From Eledone cirrhosa (lineage: Eukaryota), in the NCBI GenBank assembly GCA_964016885.1, contig OZ024740.1, positions 260,214,001-260,278,000 of the forward strand: 64,000 nt of DNA. The letters are read 5' to 3'. The notes under the pieces are model-generated. The model did not search any database. It saw only the letters and a list, made by a program, of their open reading frames with translations, and was not told the DNA's origin. Below, piece after piece: positions 14,895 through 26,263 of this stretch. The position numbers were made by a program, and so were the translations under genes. How positions within the stretch are numbered: the stretch's first letter is position 1; every line of letters starts with the position of its first letter.

Positions 14895-15144
14895 GTTGTT
14901 GTTGTTGTAACTCACACCTATGCAGGTTTAGCTGGCCTCCTCCAAGGTATATCTCGTTGGAGATGTCTTGGGTGATTTAATGATAGGGACCCCAGTCCTA
15001 TCATCTCATTTCTACAGCTGAGTAAACTGGAGCAACGTGAAATAAAGTGTCTTGCTCAAGGAAACAACACAACACCCGGTCCAAGAATTGAACTCACAAC
15101 ACTTTGATTGTAAGCCCAATGCTCTAACCACTAAGCCATGCGCC
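14895..15144 (-). mobile_element. tRNA-derived CORE-type SINE with (ACA)n tail
   Basis: A box TGGCTTAGTGG, B box GAGTTCAATTC, CORE-like TTCCTTGAGCAAGACACTTTA; (ACA)n at the 3' end. Confidence 0.75.
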
Positions 15145-15215
15145 TTCACAGACACACACACACGCACGCACATACACACACAACGCGCACACACACACAC
15201 ATATATATCTATCTA

Positions 15216-15545
15216 TCATCATCATCATACGTCCGCTTTTCCCTGCTTGCAAGGGTGGGACGGGAACTGATTTTGGCTTGATTTCTACAGCTGGATGCCC
15301 TTCCTAACACCAACCTCATTTACAGTGAGTGCTGGGTACTTTTTTGCCGTGACACCTCCACGACCACTTTGCAGTGGAATGATAGGGACCCCAGTCCCTA
15401 TCATCTCATTTCTACAGCTGAGTAAACTGGAGCAATGTGAAATAAAGTGTCTTGCTCAAGGAAACAACACATCACCCGGTCTGAGAATTGAACTCACAAC
15501 CTTTCGATTGCAAGGCAAATGCTCTAACCACTAAGCCATGTGCCT
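15216..15545 (-). mobile_element. tRNA/CORE SINE with RTE-derived (GAT)n tail
   Basis: Same head as 14895-15144, followed by RTE 3' UTR sequence and (GAT)n. Confidence 0.75.
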
Positions 15546-15919
15546 CTATATATATGTATGTGTATATATATATATATATATACATACACACACACACACA
15601 CATACAGTCCAGAATTAGCCGTCGAAACGGCTTGAGCTCAGCCGTCGGGGTCCTACTCATTCCTATTACCCACTCTACTACCCTAAGTATTGAGTACTTT
15701 GGTGCGTTATGGTCCACCTGGTTCCTTACCACATTTCCTTTGTTATATATATATATATATATAAGTTGAAAAAAATGAAAACGAAATTTCATTTCTCACT
15801 CTTAGTATGGCACTTACATACATACTTACATATATATATATATATATAGCAATATTAAGTTCTCCACACTTTTGAATATCTCCATGGGAACAGCTAGATG
15901 ATGTAAAACGGAGTATTAG

Positions 15920-16175
15920 TATCAAAATGAAAATCCAAAGGCAAGGTTAAATTTCCAATCATTTTAATCATGACACATGTTTCAATAATAGATCGAGCGT
16001 GAAGCCATGATCAATTATCACTGATCTCGCCAGGTGGAAATGAATTGTCTTCAAATTCTTGATATGAGGGAGAAAATTACCAATGTTCACTCACGATCGA
16101 TCTATCTCTTATTGAAACGTGTCGTGATTAAAATGATTGGAAATTTTACCTCGCCTTCGGATTTTCATTTTGATA
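15920..16175. repeat. Fold-back cassette with hammerhead 3' half (GAAAC..GTC)
   Basis: 15920-16001 is inverted relative to about 16091-16175; GAAAC-gt-GTC at 16114-16123; ends in (TA)n. Confidence 0.65.
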
Positions 16176-16499
16176 TATATATATATATTTATTAAAATAA
16201 ATATTTGCTCTACGGTTCATATATATTTGATATATATTTATCCTTATCGAGCCCTCTTTGGATTTTAGTCTTCAAATTTATTATTATTACTATATATATA
16301 TATATATATATGGGATAACAAATTATCGTAAGAGGTAATCCAGTTAGAGGTTGTGAATACTCCGTATTGTGGATAATTTTAGCGTACGGCTTTGACTCAA
16401 CAAGAGGTTTCCTTAGGTAGTGAGTTTGCGAGTTCTCGGGAATTCCTATGCAGATTAATCAATTCTTCTCGGTATGGTGAACTAACTGTTGTGTTATAT

Positions 16500-17022
16500 A
16501 TAAACACAACAGTTAGTTCACCATACCGAGAACAATTGTTTCACCTTATGCAGATCTTCAGCTCTTACTGGTCATCGTTATACGGAACAGGAGGAACAAC
16601 CTTATGAACGCGCATGCGCAGAAACGGTCACCTCACCCAAGTGATACAAAACCACAGGCGAAAGGTGTAAGGGAGATATCTGTGAATTTCCGGAAACCAA
16701 TGTTCGAGTTGATTAGAATTTTAGAATGTTGTTGTTGTTCAATCCGGAGCTTTGTAGTTATGCAAGAGGTGTTTCCATGACATGTGGACAACTTGAGAAG
16801 ATTTCATTTCTTGAATTTAGGCAATCTCTATTGCGTAATCTCCTTAGAATATTTATCCTTTCTTCAATACACAGTCCACAAGACGGATTGCCCCTTGCGT
16901 ATGGCTTGGACTTAGTGTTAGCTTTCCATTGAATGGAGTAGTCTATACCTGAGTCCTTGAGGGACCATATGTGGCTTGCGAGCGTTGTGGATGATCGTTT
17001 CTCTGGGTACCTAAAGGTCGAC
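16500..17022 (-). mobile_element. Penelope-like element (Naiad-type): GIY-YIG endonuclease C-terminus and 3' pLTR
   Basis: Minus translation QSTFRYPEKRSSTTLASHIWSLKDSGIDYSIQWK..KPY....CGLCIEERINI....LNSRNEIFSSCPH; hammerhead downstream; terminal palindrome at 16466-16532. Confidence 0.8.
16520..16572 (-). ncRNA. Type-I hammerhead ribozyme in a PLE pLTR
   Basis: ACCA-guaa-GAG-CUGAAGA-ucugcauaaggu-GAAA-CAAUUG-UU-CUC-ggua-UGGU; palindromic stem III, weak stem II. Confidence 0.68.
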
Positions 17023-17029
17023 TGTCCTG

Positions 17030-17592
17030 GAGTTCCACACAGGAATATACCGCAACGATGGTCTGACCTTATTGAGCCATAAAAGTGGTCACGACCTGGA
17101 CTGGTTTAAAAAAGATTTAACTTCTAGTTTTAATGAGTTAGGACTTAGGATAACGGTAGCTACCAACCTCCCTAGCATAGATTTCTTAGGCATAATTTAG
17201 ACCTTCGCACGCATACGTCCAGACCCTTCCATAAGCTAAACGAAAAACTTAATTACATACACAAGTACTCATGCCACCCTCCTGCTGTTTTTAGAAACTT
17301 TGTAAATAATATCAGTACTAGAATCTCTAAACTCTCCTCTAATAAGGCTATCTTTGACAGAGTGGCCCCCTATTATAACACAGCGTTAGCTAACCGGCTT
17401 CTCACAGCCAATTACTTACTCCTTCCAGTCTAACAACAACAGTAATAGGAAAAGAAATCATAACAACAAACAAACTATCTGGTTCTCTCCTCCCTTCTCA
17501 CTCAACGTTAAAACTAGTGTAGGAAAACAAATTTTAGTTCTCTTAGATAGACACTTTCCCATAGGTCACACATACCGCTCCATCTTTAACAG
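17030..17592 (+). mobile_element. Penelope-like (Naiad-type) RT fragment, frameshifted
   Basis: GIYRNDGL (a YRDD variant), GLRITV, IDFLG, YIHKYSCHPP, IWFSPPFSLNVKTSVGK...LLDRHFP...IFN. Confidence 0.82.
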
Positions 17593-17655
17593 TGCTCCAA
17601 TCTGCATACTGAGGTGTCGGTAAACAACCAACATATACTAAAAATATATATATAT

Positions 17656-17992
17656 GGAGGCATATGGCTTAGTGGTTAGAGCATTGGCCTTCCAATCGAA
17701 AGGTTGTGAGTTCAATTCTCGGACCGGGTGATGTGTTGTTTCCTTGAGCAAGACACTTTATTTCACATTGTTCCAGTTTACTCAGCTGTAGAAATGAGAT
17801 GATAGGGACTGAAGTCCCTATCATTCCACTGCAAAGTGGTCGTGGAGGTGTCACGGCAAAAAGCACCCAGCACTCACTGTAAATGAGGTTGGTGTTAGGA
17901 AGGGCATCCAGCTGTAGAAATCAAGCCAGTATCAGTTCCCGTCCCACCCTTGCAAGCAGGGAAAAGCGGACGTAAAATGATGATGATGATGA
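17656..17992 (+). mobile_element. tRNA/CORE SINE with RTE-derived tail
   Basis: A box 17665-17675, B box 17708-17718, CORE-like block, hairpin 17799-17824, RTE-type 3' end with (GAT)n; flanked by (TA)n. Confidence 0.8.
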
Positions 17993-18409
17993 TATATATA
18001 TATATATAAGAAAATCAGGTTTTTTTTTCAAAATGAAAAAAAAACGAGATGTCCTACACGAGTGAAAGTATAAGGAAAAAAGATGAAATCGAAAATGCAA
18101 CTGGTGTCTTTTTAAGAATATTTCTTTCTTTCCTTTACCGGTTTCACAGTTTTTATGCTTTTCAAAAGTAGAATTGAGATGGAGGGTTTGTGGTTTTTCT
18201 TGCATCTGGTTGGTGTTTGAATGTTATTTCTGAAAGTGGCTCGAAATGCTAAGTTTCTTAGAAAAGTAAGTTGATTGGTTGATGACTGTCATGTGAATAA
18301 GTATAATAAATTTTGTGCCAGTTCGCGTTACAAAGTTCCTATTATATTTGCCTTTAAAAAAAAAGGGGGAGTGGGCTCAGATTGTTTTTTCATATATAAA
18401 TTATAGGCC

Positions 18410-18977
18410 ATAGTATCTAGAATAAGGACGGGCTGGAAGAAGTTTAGGGAGCTGCTTCCTCTGTTGACAAAGAAGGGTTTCTCCCTGTGTACAAAAGGCC
18501 GGTTATATGATGCCTGTGTGAGATGCGTGATGCTGCATGGTAGTCAGACATGGGCAGCAACTGCGGAGCATATGCAATGGCTGGAGAGAAATGAAGCAAG
18601 CATGCTCCAATGGATGTGCAATATCAATGTGTGTGAATGACCAAGCATAGATGAGTTGAGAGAGAAACTGTGTATAAGAGGGATAAGTTGTAGTGTGCGG
18701 CAGAGAAGACTGTGATGGTATGGACATGTGATGTGCATGGAGGATGACCGGTGGGTAAAGAAGTACCAAGAAATCCCAGTAGAAGGAATATGCAGTAGAG
18801 GAAGACCACGAAAAACATGGGCGGAGGTGGTGAGAGCAGACCTCGGATCACTGAAGCTCACGGAGGAGATGACGAAGGACCGTGACAAGTGGAGAGATGC
18901 TGTGCTGAAGAGGACCCATCGCACCCTTGCAAGCAAGGAAAAGCGGACGTAAAATGATGATCATGATGATGATGATG

Positions 18978-18980
<3 letters not shown>
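18410..18980 (+). mobile_element. 5'-truncated RTE copy, second subfamily (short 3' UTR)
   Basis: RTGWKKFRELLPLL...MEDDRWVKK...GRPRKTWAEVVRADL with stops; (GAT)n tail. Confidence 0.85.
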
Positions 18981-19022
<42 letters not shown>

Positions 19023-19484
19023 GTGTGTATATTTATGTCATCATCATCACCGTTTAACATCCATTTTTCACTGCTAGCATTGGTATAGATGAATAGTCGT
19101 GTTGTGAGATAGGCCAGGTCAGGTGATCATGTCTTGCTCATACAGAACTGATTTGGGCTTGGTTTCTACAGCTGGATGCCCTTCCTAATGCCAACCACAT
19201 TTACAGTGAGTACTGGGTGCCTTTTGTCATGACACCTACATGACCACTTTACAGTGTGTGGTGGGTGTTATTTTGTTGAGACATCTATATGACTACCTTA
19301 CAGTGTAGAGTGGAGACTTTGGTGGGAAAAGTGTGTGCAGGATAAATGAGGTGTATGGAAGGGGGTGGGTGGTGGAAATTAAGGTGGTGCACACTAGATG
19401 TATGCTTCAGCCTGTGCTCATATCTTCTGTATTACTGCATAACGCACACACACACATATATATATACACACACACACACATTAT

Positions 19485-19638
19485 AATAATAATAATTATT
19501 TCTACTTTTGGCACAAGGCCAGCAATTACGCAGTGCATTACTGGTACTTTATTTTATTGATCCCGTAAGGATGAAAGGCAAAGTTAACCTCGGTGGGATT
19601 TGAACTCAGATTGGAAAGGGCCGTAACTCTATGCTGCA
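19485..19638 (-). mobile_element. Partial tRNA-SINE of a second family (central gcctttcatccttacggggtcgataaaataaagtacc block); other copies at about 25490-25675, 37870-38280, 40455-40600, 50160-50380 and 59690-60265
   Basis: B box GAGTTCAAATCC followed by a conserved central block (resembling Meta/Sauria-type SINE domains, from memory) and an (ATT)n end; repeated many times in the window. Confidence 0.7.
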
Positions 19639-19660
19639 TAATAATAATAATAATAATAAT

Positions 19661-20885
19661 GATTTCATTTATTAGCCACCAGGGCCGACATGTAGGGGAC
19701 AATACAAAGACAGGGACAGTGGGGGTTTACAATAAGGTAGAGTAAAAGTGCACAATGGCAAGACTAATTTAACAATGAAAATATAAAAATATAAAATAAA
19801 CTATGCATAAATATAACAAAATAAATTCCCCGATAGGGGGTGTACGACCCTGGGGTGCTTCAGGTACCCCACCAATCCTGAACCACCCTGCGCTTCTAGG
19901 GCACCCAGGGAGAGCACCCCTCTCCTCAATTTAGCCAGCCTATAGGCGCATGGTCAGAGTAGGCCCATTCACACGAGCCATTCTCGCCACATTCACCCAC
20001 CTTTTAGCAAATGTACTGGGGGGCAGCACTTCTCTCTCGACCCTCACCTTCCTTTCCAGGTGAAACTTGAAGAAGTTGATGAGGGATTGGCCGAAGAGAA
20101 AAGTGTCTGTCTTTAGTCCTTTCAACCTGGTCCACCATATAATCTCTTTCGCAACTGCCACCAGACAGAGGAAAATTTCCTGCTCTTCCTGACCTAAGGA
20201 AGGCGGTGGATCGATCTTCACTATGGACTCGGCCGATAGCCGGATTTGTTCTACACGCGACAGTAGCTGTTCGACATAACTCCACAAGTCAGTAATGCAC
20301 GGACATTGGACAAGTGCGTGCAGAACGGTTTCGTCGTTCTGTGCGCATCTTGGGCAGGTCCGTCTGACAGCACTTCCGTGCCTGTAGAGTTTATCCCGAA
20401 CTGGCAGTGCCCCCCGGTAGCACTGCCAAGCGAGGGATTTCTGGAAATTGTCCATCGTCCCCGGCTCAAAAGTCCTCCGGTACAGACTGGTCAGTTCGAC
20501 TTCGTCGAGACCCAAAGCTTCTCCGAGTGCGTCATCGCACTTGCCCACCACTAATCCTCTATAGAACTCGAGAGTGGAAGTTCCACTGATCGCATTGCCC
20601 GCTTGGTAGAGGGCAGTGAGTGCCTGGCAACATTCCAGGTGCCAGTCACCCAGTCTCGGTCTCTTCTTGAGCCAGGACTGCAGCTCAGTCAAAGAAATGA
20701 GCTGCGGAAAGGCCCGCCTGATAAACGGCGACCACACCTGTTCACCGTTGAGGCAGAATATCTGGAGATGTCGCAGCCTCAACGCATGTCTGCGCATCCT
20801 TAGCCACGGCATGCCCAGCCCTCCGCGTAGAGGGTGCTGGCAGCAGATGGACCGCCTCACCAACAGAACTTGTCCCCTCCACAAG
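19661..20885 (-). mobile_element. L1/Tx1-clade LINE 3' fragment with open 314-aa ORF2 C-terminus
   Basis: GGLGMP motif; zf-RVT CCHC knuckle CPRCAQNDETVLHALVQC; AATAAA then (ATT)n tail; (AAT)n on both sides. Confidence 0.85.
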
Positions 20886-21972
20886 AATTTGAATAATAAT
20901 AATAATAATAATAATATGGACGAGGTGTTAATTTTTCATTACATTTATTGAGGTGTGACACGTGTTTCACAATTGATTACCTCAAGGTTCAATTTGTACT
21001 GATCGAGTCCGACTCTGGAATCAGAAGCTCATCGAACTTCTGTTATCATAATGACAGAATGATTCCCTTATTTCTACTGCCACGAACACATATATATCTA
21101 TATATAATAACTAGAAATTGATTAACATATAAATATACATGAATAATCACAGGAGATAATTAATTTTGGATATAGATATATATATCTCTATATATATATA
21201 TATACACACACATAATTTCCCCATCATCTCTATATAACATCACCACCATTTCCATATAACAACCCCACTACCACACACAGACAGGTCACGTATACTATAC
21301 ACCTTCCTCATCTCTGCTATCATAACCATCACAAGCATCAGTTTTATTATGTAATCTCCCCTCTTCATCACAGCCAACATCACCAACAACACACTATCTC
21401 TTTAAATGCCATTCCATACCACCCTCATGCTGTTATGATGATGTGGGAGGTGGGAAGGGAGGTCATGGCCATGCTGTCTGATGGTGGTAATAGTATAGAG
21501 GGAGGAGGGGAAACGTGGGGGTAGTGTAGGGGTGGGCTTACATAGGTAGACAAGAGTCGGAATGAGAGGGTGGGAGGGAGACAGAGCTGATGGTAATGAT
21601 TTAGAGGGAGAAGGGGAAGAGGCGAAACATTTGGGTATGGTGGGAGATAGGGTTACTTAGATAGATGGGAGGGGGGTAATAAGAGAGAGAGTAGGAGAAG
21701 TCAGACAATGTGATGGATTAGTAGCAGGCACTGACAGACAGGGACAATAGACAGAGTGAGCTCTAAGATATATAAGACAAGTTTCAAGAGATAGTCTATT
21801 GTCTACCTATCTGTCTATATATCTACAAAGATGTCTGACATATATACAGTATACATACATTGTTGGTAGTAGAGGTTGAGTGGGTATAGTGCATGATAGC
21901 ATTGAGGTGTTGCGGTGGTGGTGATAATAAAGGGAGGTTACATGTATATGTACATATATATATATATATATA

Positions 21973-22874
21973 GCTAGAGTCAGAACGGGATGGAAAAAGT
22001 TCAGAGAGCTTATACCACTATTGGCCACTAAAGGTTTCTCTCTAAAAATGAAAGGCAGACTGTATGATGCCTGCATACGAACAGCAATGTTACATGGCAG
22101 TGAGACCTGGGCATTGTGTGCAGAGGATATACGCAGACTGGAGAGGAACGAAGCTTGCATGCTCCGTTGGATGTGTAATAGTAATATACGTGAACGGCAA
22201 AGCATAAATGAACTAAGTGAGAAATTAGGAATAAGAGGGATCAGATGTTGTTTACTCGAGAGAAGACTACGTTGGTATGGTCACGTGATGCGCATGAAAG
22301 ACGACAGCTGTATAAAAAAGTGCAGGGCGATAAAAATAGACAGTAGCCACGGAGTAAGCAGACCCAGAAAAACCTGGGATGACTTGATAAATTCCGACCT
22401 CACACACTTACACCTCTCCAAGACAATGTCACTGGGCCGAGATCTTTGGCGCTACACAGTAATACAGAAGACCCGCCTTGCCTAAGTACAAAGCGAAACC
22501 TACAGTCAGTAGGCACCTCTAACAAAAATACACCCCTGTCCCACTACCCCCCCCCCCATCCACCCCCCCCCCCCCCCTTCAATGTGAAGTTATGTTGGTA
22601 CCACAACATCCAGGCCGAAACAAATGAGGTTGTGTAGGTGTCACGACAAAAAAACACACAGTCTACGCTGTAATGTGGCTGTGTAGGTAACACGGTAAAA
22701 ACCTCCCAGCTCCACACTGTAAACGTGGTTGGTGTTAGGAAGGGCATCCAGCCGTAGAAAACCCGCCAGACAGTTCTATACGAGCAGGACAACCAATCTT
22801 GCCTCAAGTGGGAAAACTCCCGTCCAAACCCATGCAAGCGTGGAAGATGGACGTTAAACGATGATGATGATGAT
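21973..22874 (+). mobile_element. 5'-truncated RTE copy
   Basis: ORF 22021-22485 matches the C-terminus of the 1039-aa protein; (TA)n start, (GAT)n tail. Confidence 0.9.
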
Positions 22875-22990
22875 ATATAGAAGTCGTTACACAACAGTTA
22901 GTGAACCAACTGTTGTGTAACCACTTCTACCTAACTCGTCCCATGGACTGAGTGCTCTACCACTACGGATATTACCTTCCAGTGTTCTAC

Positions 22991-23040
<50 letters not shown>

Positions 23041-23349
23041 CCCTATGATAAACAGCTGAAACTCCTGAGTAACAAGACTCAAAATTTAGCCTTAATAAAA
23101 TGAATATTAAAAATCTACTTCATTATTGAGTACTCTTTTCAGATATATATCTGTGTGTGTGTATGTTATTTTGGGGGATGGTCATGTTGCCAATAAAAAC
23201 ACACACACACTATTTGACTTTTGCTACAGCTTTATTATCAGTTATCGATTAGTTCATCAAAACTCTTTCATCACACATTCTGTGACCTCCTCAATGACTA
23301 TTTGTCATTCTTCCCCTGTGCCTCCTTGTCTTCTGGTCTTATTTTATTT

Positions 23350-23590
23350 ACTTCTTGTCTTTCTGGAAATAACATATTTGAGTGCTCCATAAACCTTAGT
23401 TTTGTCTGTGGCATCTCTACCAAAGTGGCAAACACAGCACTTACTTGCACACTGTGTGGTATGACATGTAAGCCACATCCTGGTTTGATGAGTCATATAA
23501 GGTGACAGCAACATCAATAACATATTTTGCCAATGTCTGTTTTTTCTAAGAAGTGGTTGTACTCAGACACGAGTTGGCTTCCACTACATA
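23350..23590 (+). mobile_element. 3' end of a C2H2-finger-bearing RTE-like LINE
   Basis: LTCTLCGMTCKPHPGLMSHIR*, then gtggttgtactcagacacgagttggcttccac, similar to 32314-32348. Confidence 0.5.
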
Positions 23591-24628
23591 TATGTGTATC
23601 ATCATCATCATCATCATTGTTTAATGTTTGCTTTCCTTGCTAGCAATGATTGAATGGTTTTACATTACTAAGTCAGCACTGAAGCTGGGCTACTGATCTG
23701 CCAGACGGTGTGTACCTCACTTATGTAGGGTCTCATGTTCTACCAAATGCATAGGAGAGGTTGTCATGTCTTTGACATGACTGAAGGGTGCTCCCAACCT
23801 TTTGTTTGGCAGGCTTTCTATGGTTGGATGCTCTTCTTATCACCAATCACTTTACAGTGTATACTGGGTTCAATTTCACTGCGTGGCATTTTGGGCAAGT
23901 GTCATTTACTATCACCTCGGATAGACCTTATGAGAGAAATTAGGTAAAGACTATTTGGAAGTCCATCAGATTGACTGTACCTGTAATTTAAAGAGCCAGC
24001 CTTGTCACACACTGTCTCATGCTGAAACTCCCTGTAAATTATGTTAAGGGGACATGTGTCTATGGAATGTTCAGCTACATGCTTGTTAATTTCCTAAGCA
24101 GTCTGTTCCATTGATCAAACAACTAGAACAAACACTCACCATCAAAACCAACAGTTGTTCATTTTATGTTTATTAATTGGCACTGAGATGCCTGTGATAT
24201 GTTCACAGCACAAAAAGAGAAAGTATTTTCATAGAGAAAATTTTCTTTTTTTTCATAGCAAGGCTCTCGTGTTTATTGTACGTAAACATTTTGTATATAA
24301 GATGTGGTAGTTTGCTTGAAATATTGTGGAATATAAAATACAAATAAGAAATAAGTTTGATTATTTGGAAGCCTGACAATGTGTGTTTGGTAAAAATGCC
24401 AATGTAATAAGAAAGTAAAAGAAAAAAAGACAGAGGATGATAGGAAGTTACTTTAGCAATGTTTAATGATTACAAATATTTTCAGATTTGTCATCCATTA
24501 TCAAGGGAAGTGTGTAGGGGGAACCACAGAAAGAAACCTAAGAAATGTTGGGGGTGGCTGTTCCATTTATTCATATACATATTTATGTATATATATATAT
24601 ATGTGTGTGTGTTTTCTATTTATCATAG

Positions 24629-24781
24629 GGTTTCAATGATTTACCAATCTGTATGGCAAAGACCCATTTATCACTGTCCCATGATGCTAGTCTGAAGGGT
24701 GCACCTACAGGTTTTGTATTACCTATCAGAGATGTAAGGGCCAGTGTTGGGGCTGGCTTTATCTACCCACTTATTGGAACG
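24629..24781 (+). CDS. MTHFD1: FTHFS penultimate coding exon (153 bp)
   Basis: catag acceptor, gtgagt donor at 24782. Encodes [51 protein letters not shown], containing the [13 protein letters not shown] signature. Confidence 0.96.
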
Positions 24782-26114
24782 GTGAGTACACTCAACTTCA
24801 TTGATATAATTCATACAGCTGATTTATAAAATCTTTCATCATTGTCACTGTCAACAGTCATCATCACCATCACCACCATTACATTTAAGTAGCAGATGCT
24901 TCCATCTAAGATCTTGATCAAAATCACAAGCTCTCAGTTCAGTGCATCTTGAAATTTTAAGGCCTTAGTCAGCCAATCGTAATCGTGTTAGTTTACTAAC
25001 AGCTGTGTGATTTGGAATCTATTTGAATAAGTACATATTCAACAATTGTTTCTATAAAAACGCATATCCAATTAGGAAAACCTTTTTAGAAAGCATTGAA
25101 TATGATAGCAGTTTTGGTCATTTTGATACTACTTAAATTAAATCATGGTAGAATTGTCATGCATTTCATAAAAGTTTGTCTTTGAAAAATTTTGGAAATG
25201 CTGCCATAATATGATAGGGGACCGTGAAGCATCCAAAAAATGGTAAGGGGACTGCGGAGAAAAAAATTTGGAAAAGTTTGGGAATCACTGGTTTATAAAA
25301 AATCCTGACATCATCTACTTCTTATGGTTTCTGTGTTGAAAAGGGTTTAAAATATTGTCACCCTGTCACTGTGGTTGCCGAATGTTTCAAAATACCTCCA
25401 AATACTTACCTGGTAGTAGGGTAGAGGATTGAAATATTCCCAAATAATTGTTTCTACATTAGGCCCAAGGCCAGCAACAAGTTCCAAATAATTGTTTCTA
25501 CTTTTGGCACAAGGCCAGCAATTACCCTGTGCATTACTGGTACTTTATTTTATCGACCCCGTAAGGATGAAAGGCAAAGTTAACCTCAGCGGGATTTGAA
25601 CGCAGAATGGCAAATGGCCGTAACTCTATGCGTCAAAGCATGGCGTCCGACCCTCTACCAATACTGCCAATACTTACAAACTAAATGTCTATACTAGATA
25701 CAAAACATCATCCATAATTCCTACCTCAGACATATTTCCTGACTCATACTCTGAAAGGCCAACCAACCAACTCTAAATATGAGTATGGTAGAAACAGACA
25801 TTTTTAAGCTGAAGCTGTCACATTACACAGTTTCTGTATAAGAATAAGCAATATTTATTATGTTAAGTTACAATCTTAAATCTCTACATGTTGTAAGAGG
25901 CAATTAAGAGTTAGTGTCTGGAAGGGCATCTGGCTGTGAAACATTGCCTCAAAAAAGACTCCATGATGAGTATAAAGCCAATTATGGGGCTTGCAAGTTT
26001 AATAATTGGAAAAGGTATTAAAATGCCTCCTGCTGCATCAACATTTATCATGAAATGCATTCAATTAATTAATTAGTCACAAAAGGGTCAAATACTATCT
26101 TCTTTATATTTCAG

Positions 26115-26204
26115 ATGAGTACAATGCCAGGACTTTCTACTAGACCATGTTTCTATGACATTGATATTGATTCTGAAACTGAAGAAATTGTGGGATTATC
26201 TTAA
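26115..26204 (+). CDS. MTHFD1: FTHFS last coding exon with TAA stop
   Basis: tttcag acceptor. Encodes [29 protein letters not shown], the typical FTHFS C-terminus. Confidence 0.95.
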   Translation: MSTMPGLSTRPCFYDIDIDSETEEIVGLS

Positions 26205-26257
26205 AATGTCTTCAAAATCAGGATTTGAAACTTGAATTGGAATATTTTGACTGACTA

Positions 26258-26263
26258 AATAAA
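26258..26263 (+). promoter_or_regulatory. Candidate polyadenylation signal of the FTHFS gene
   Basis: First AATAAA after the stop codon; others occur at about 26486, 26516 and 27230, so the site actually used is unknown. Confidence 0.35.

Noticed and set aside
16700-17022. Selenocysteine-encoding Naiad element
   Set aside because: The Cys positions visible in the fragment use TGT/TGC; no in-frame TGA at conserved Cys and no SECIS recognised.
17656-17730. Functional tRNA gene
   Set aside because: A and B boxes run straight into SINE body sequence, and diverged copies are dispersed; these are SINE heads.
26115-26204. GLSTRP and terminal GLS instead of GLPTRP and GLF as editing or pseudogene signs
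   Set aside because: These changes cannot be reverted by A-to-I editing; splice sites and frame are intact, so ordinary divergence is sufficient.
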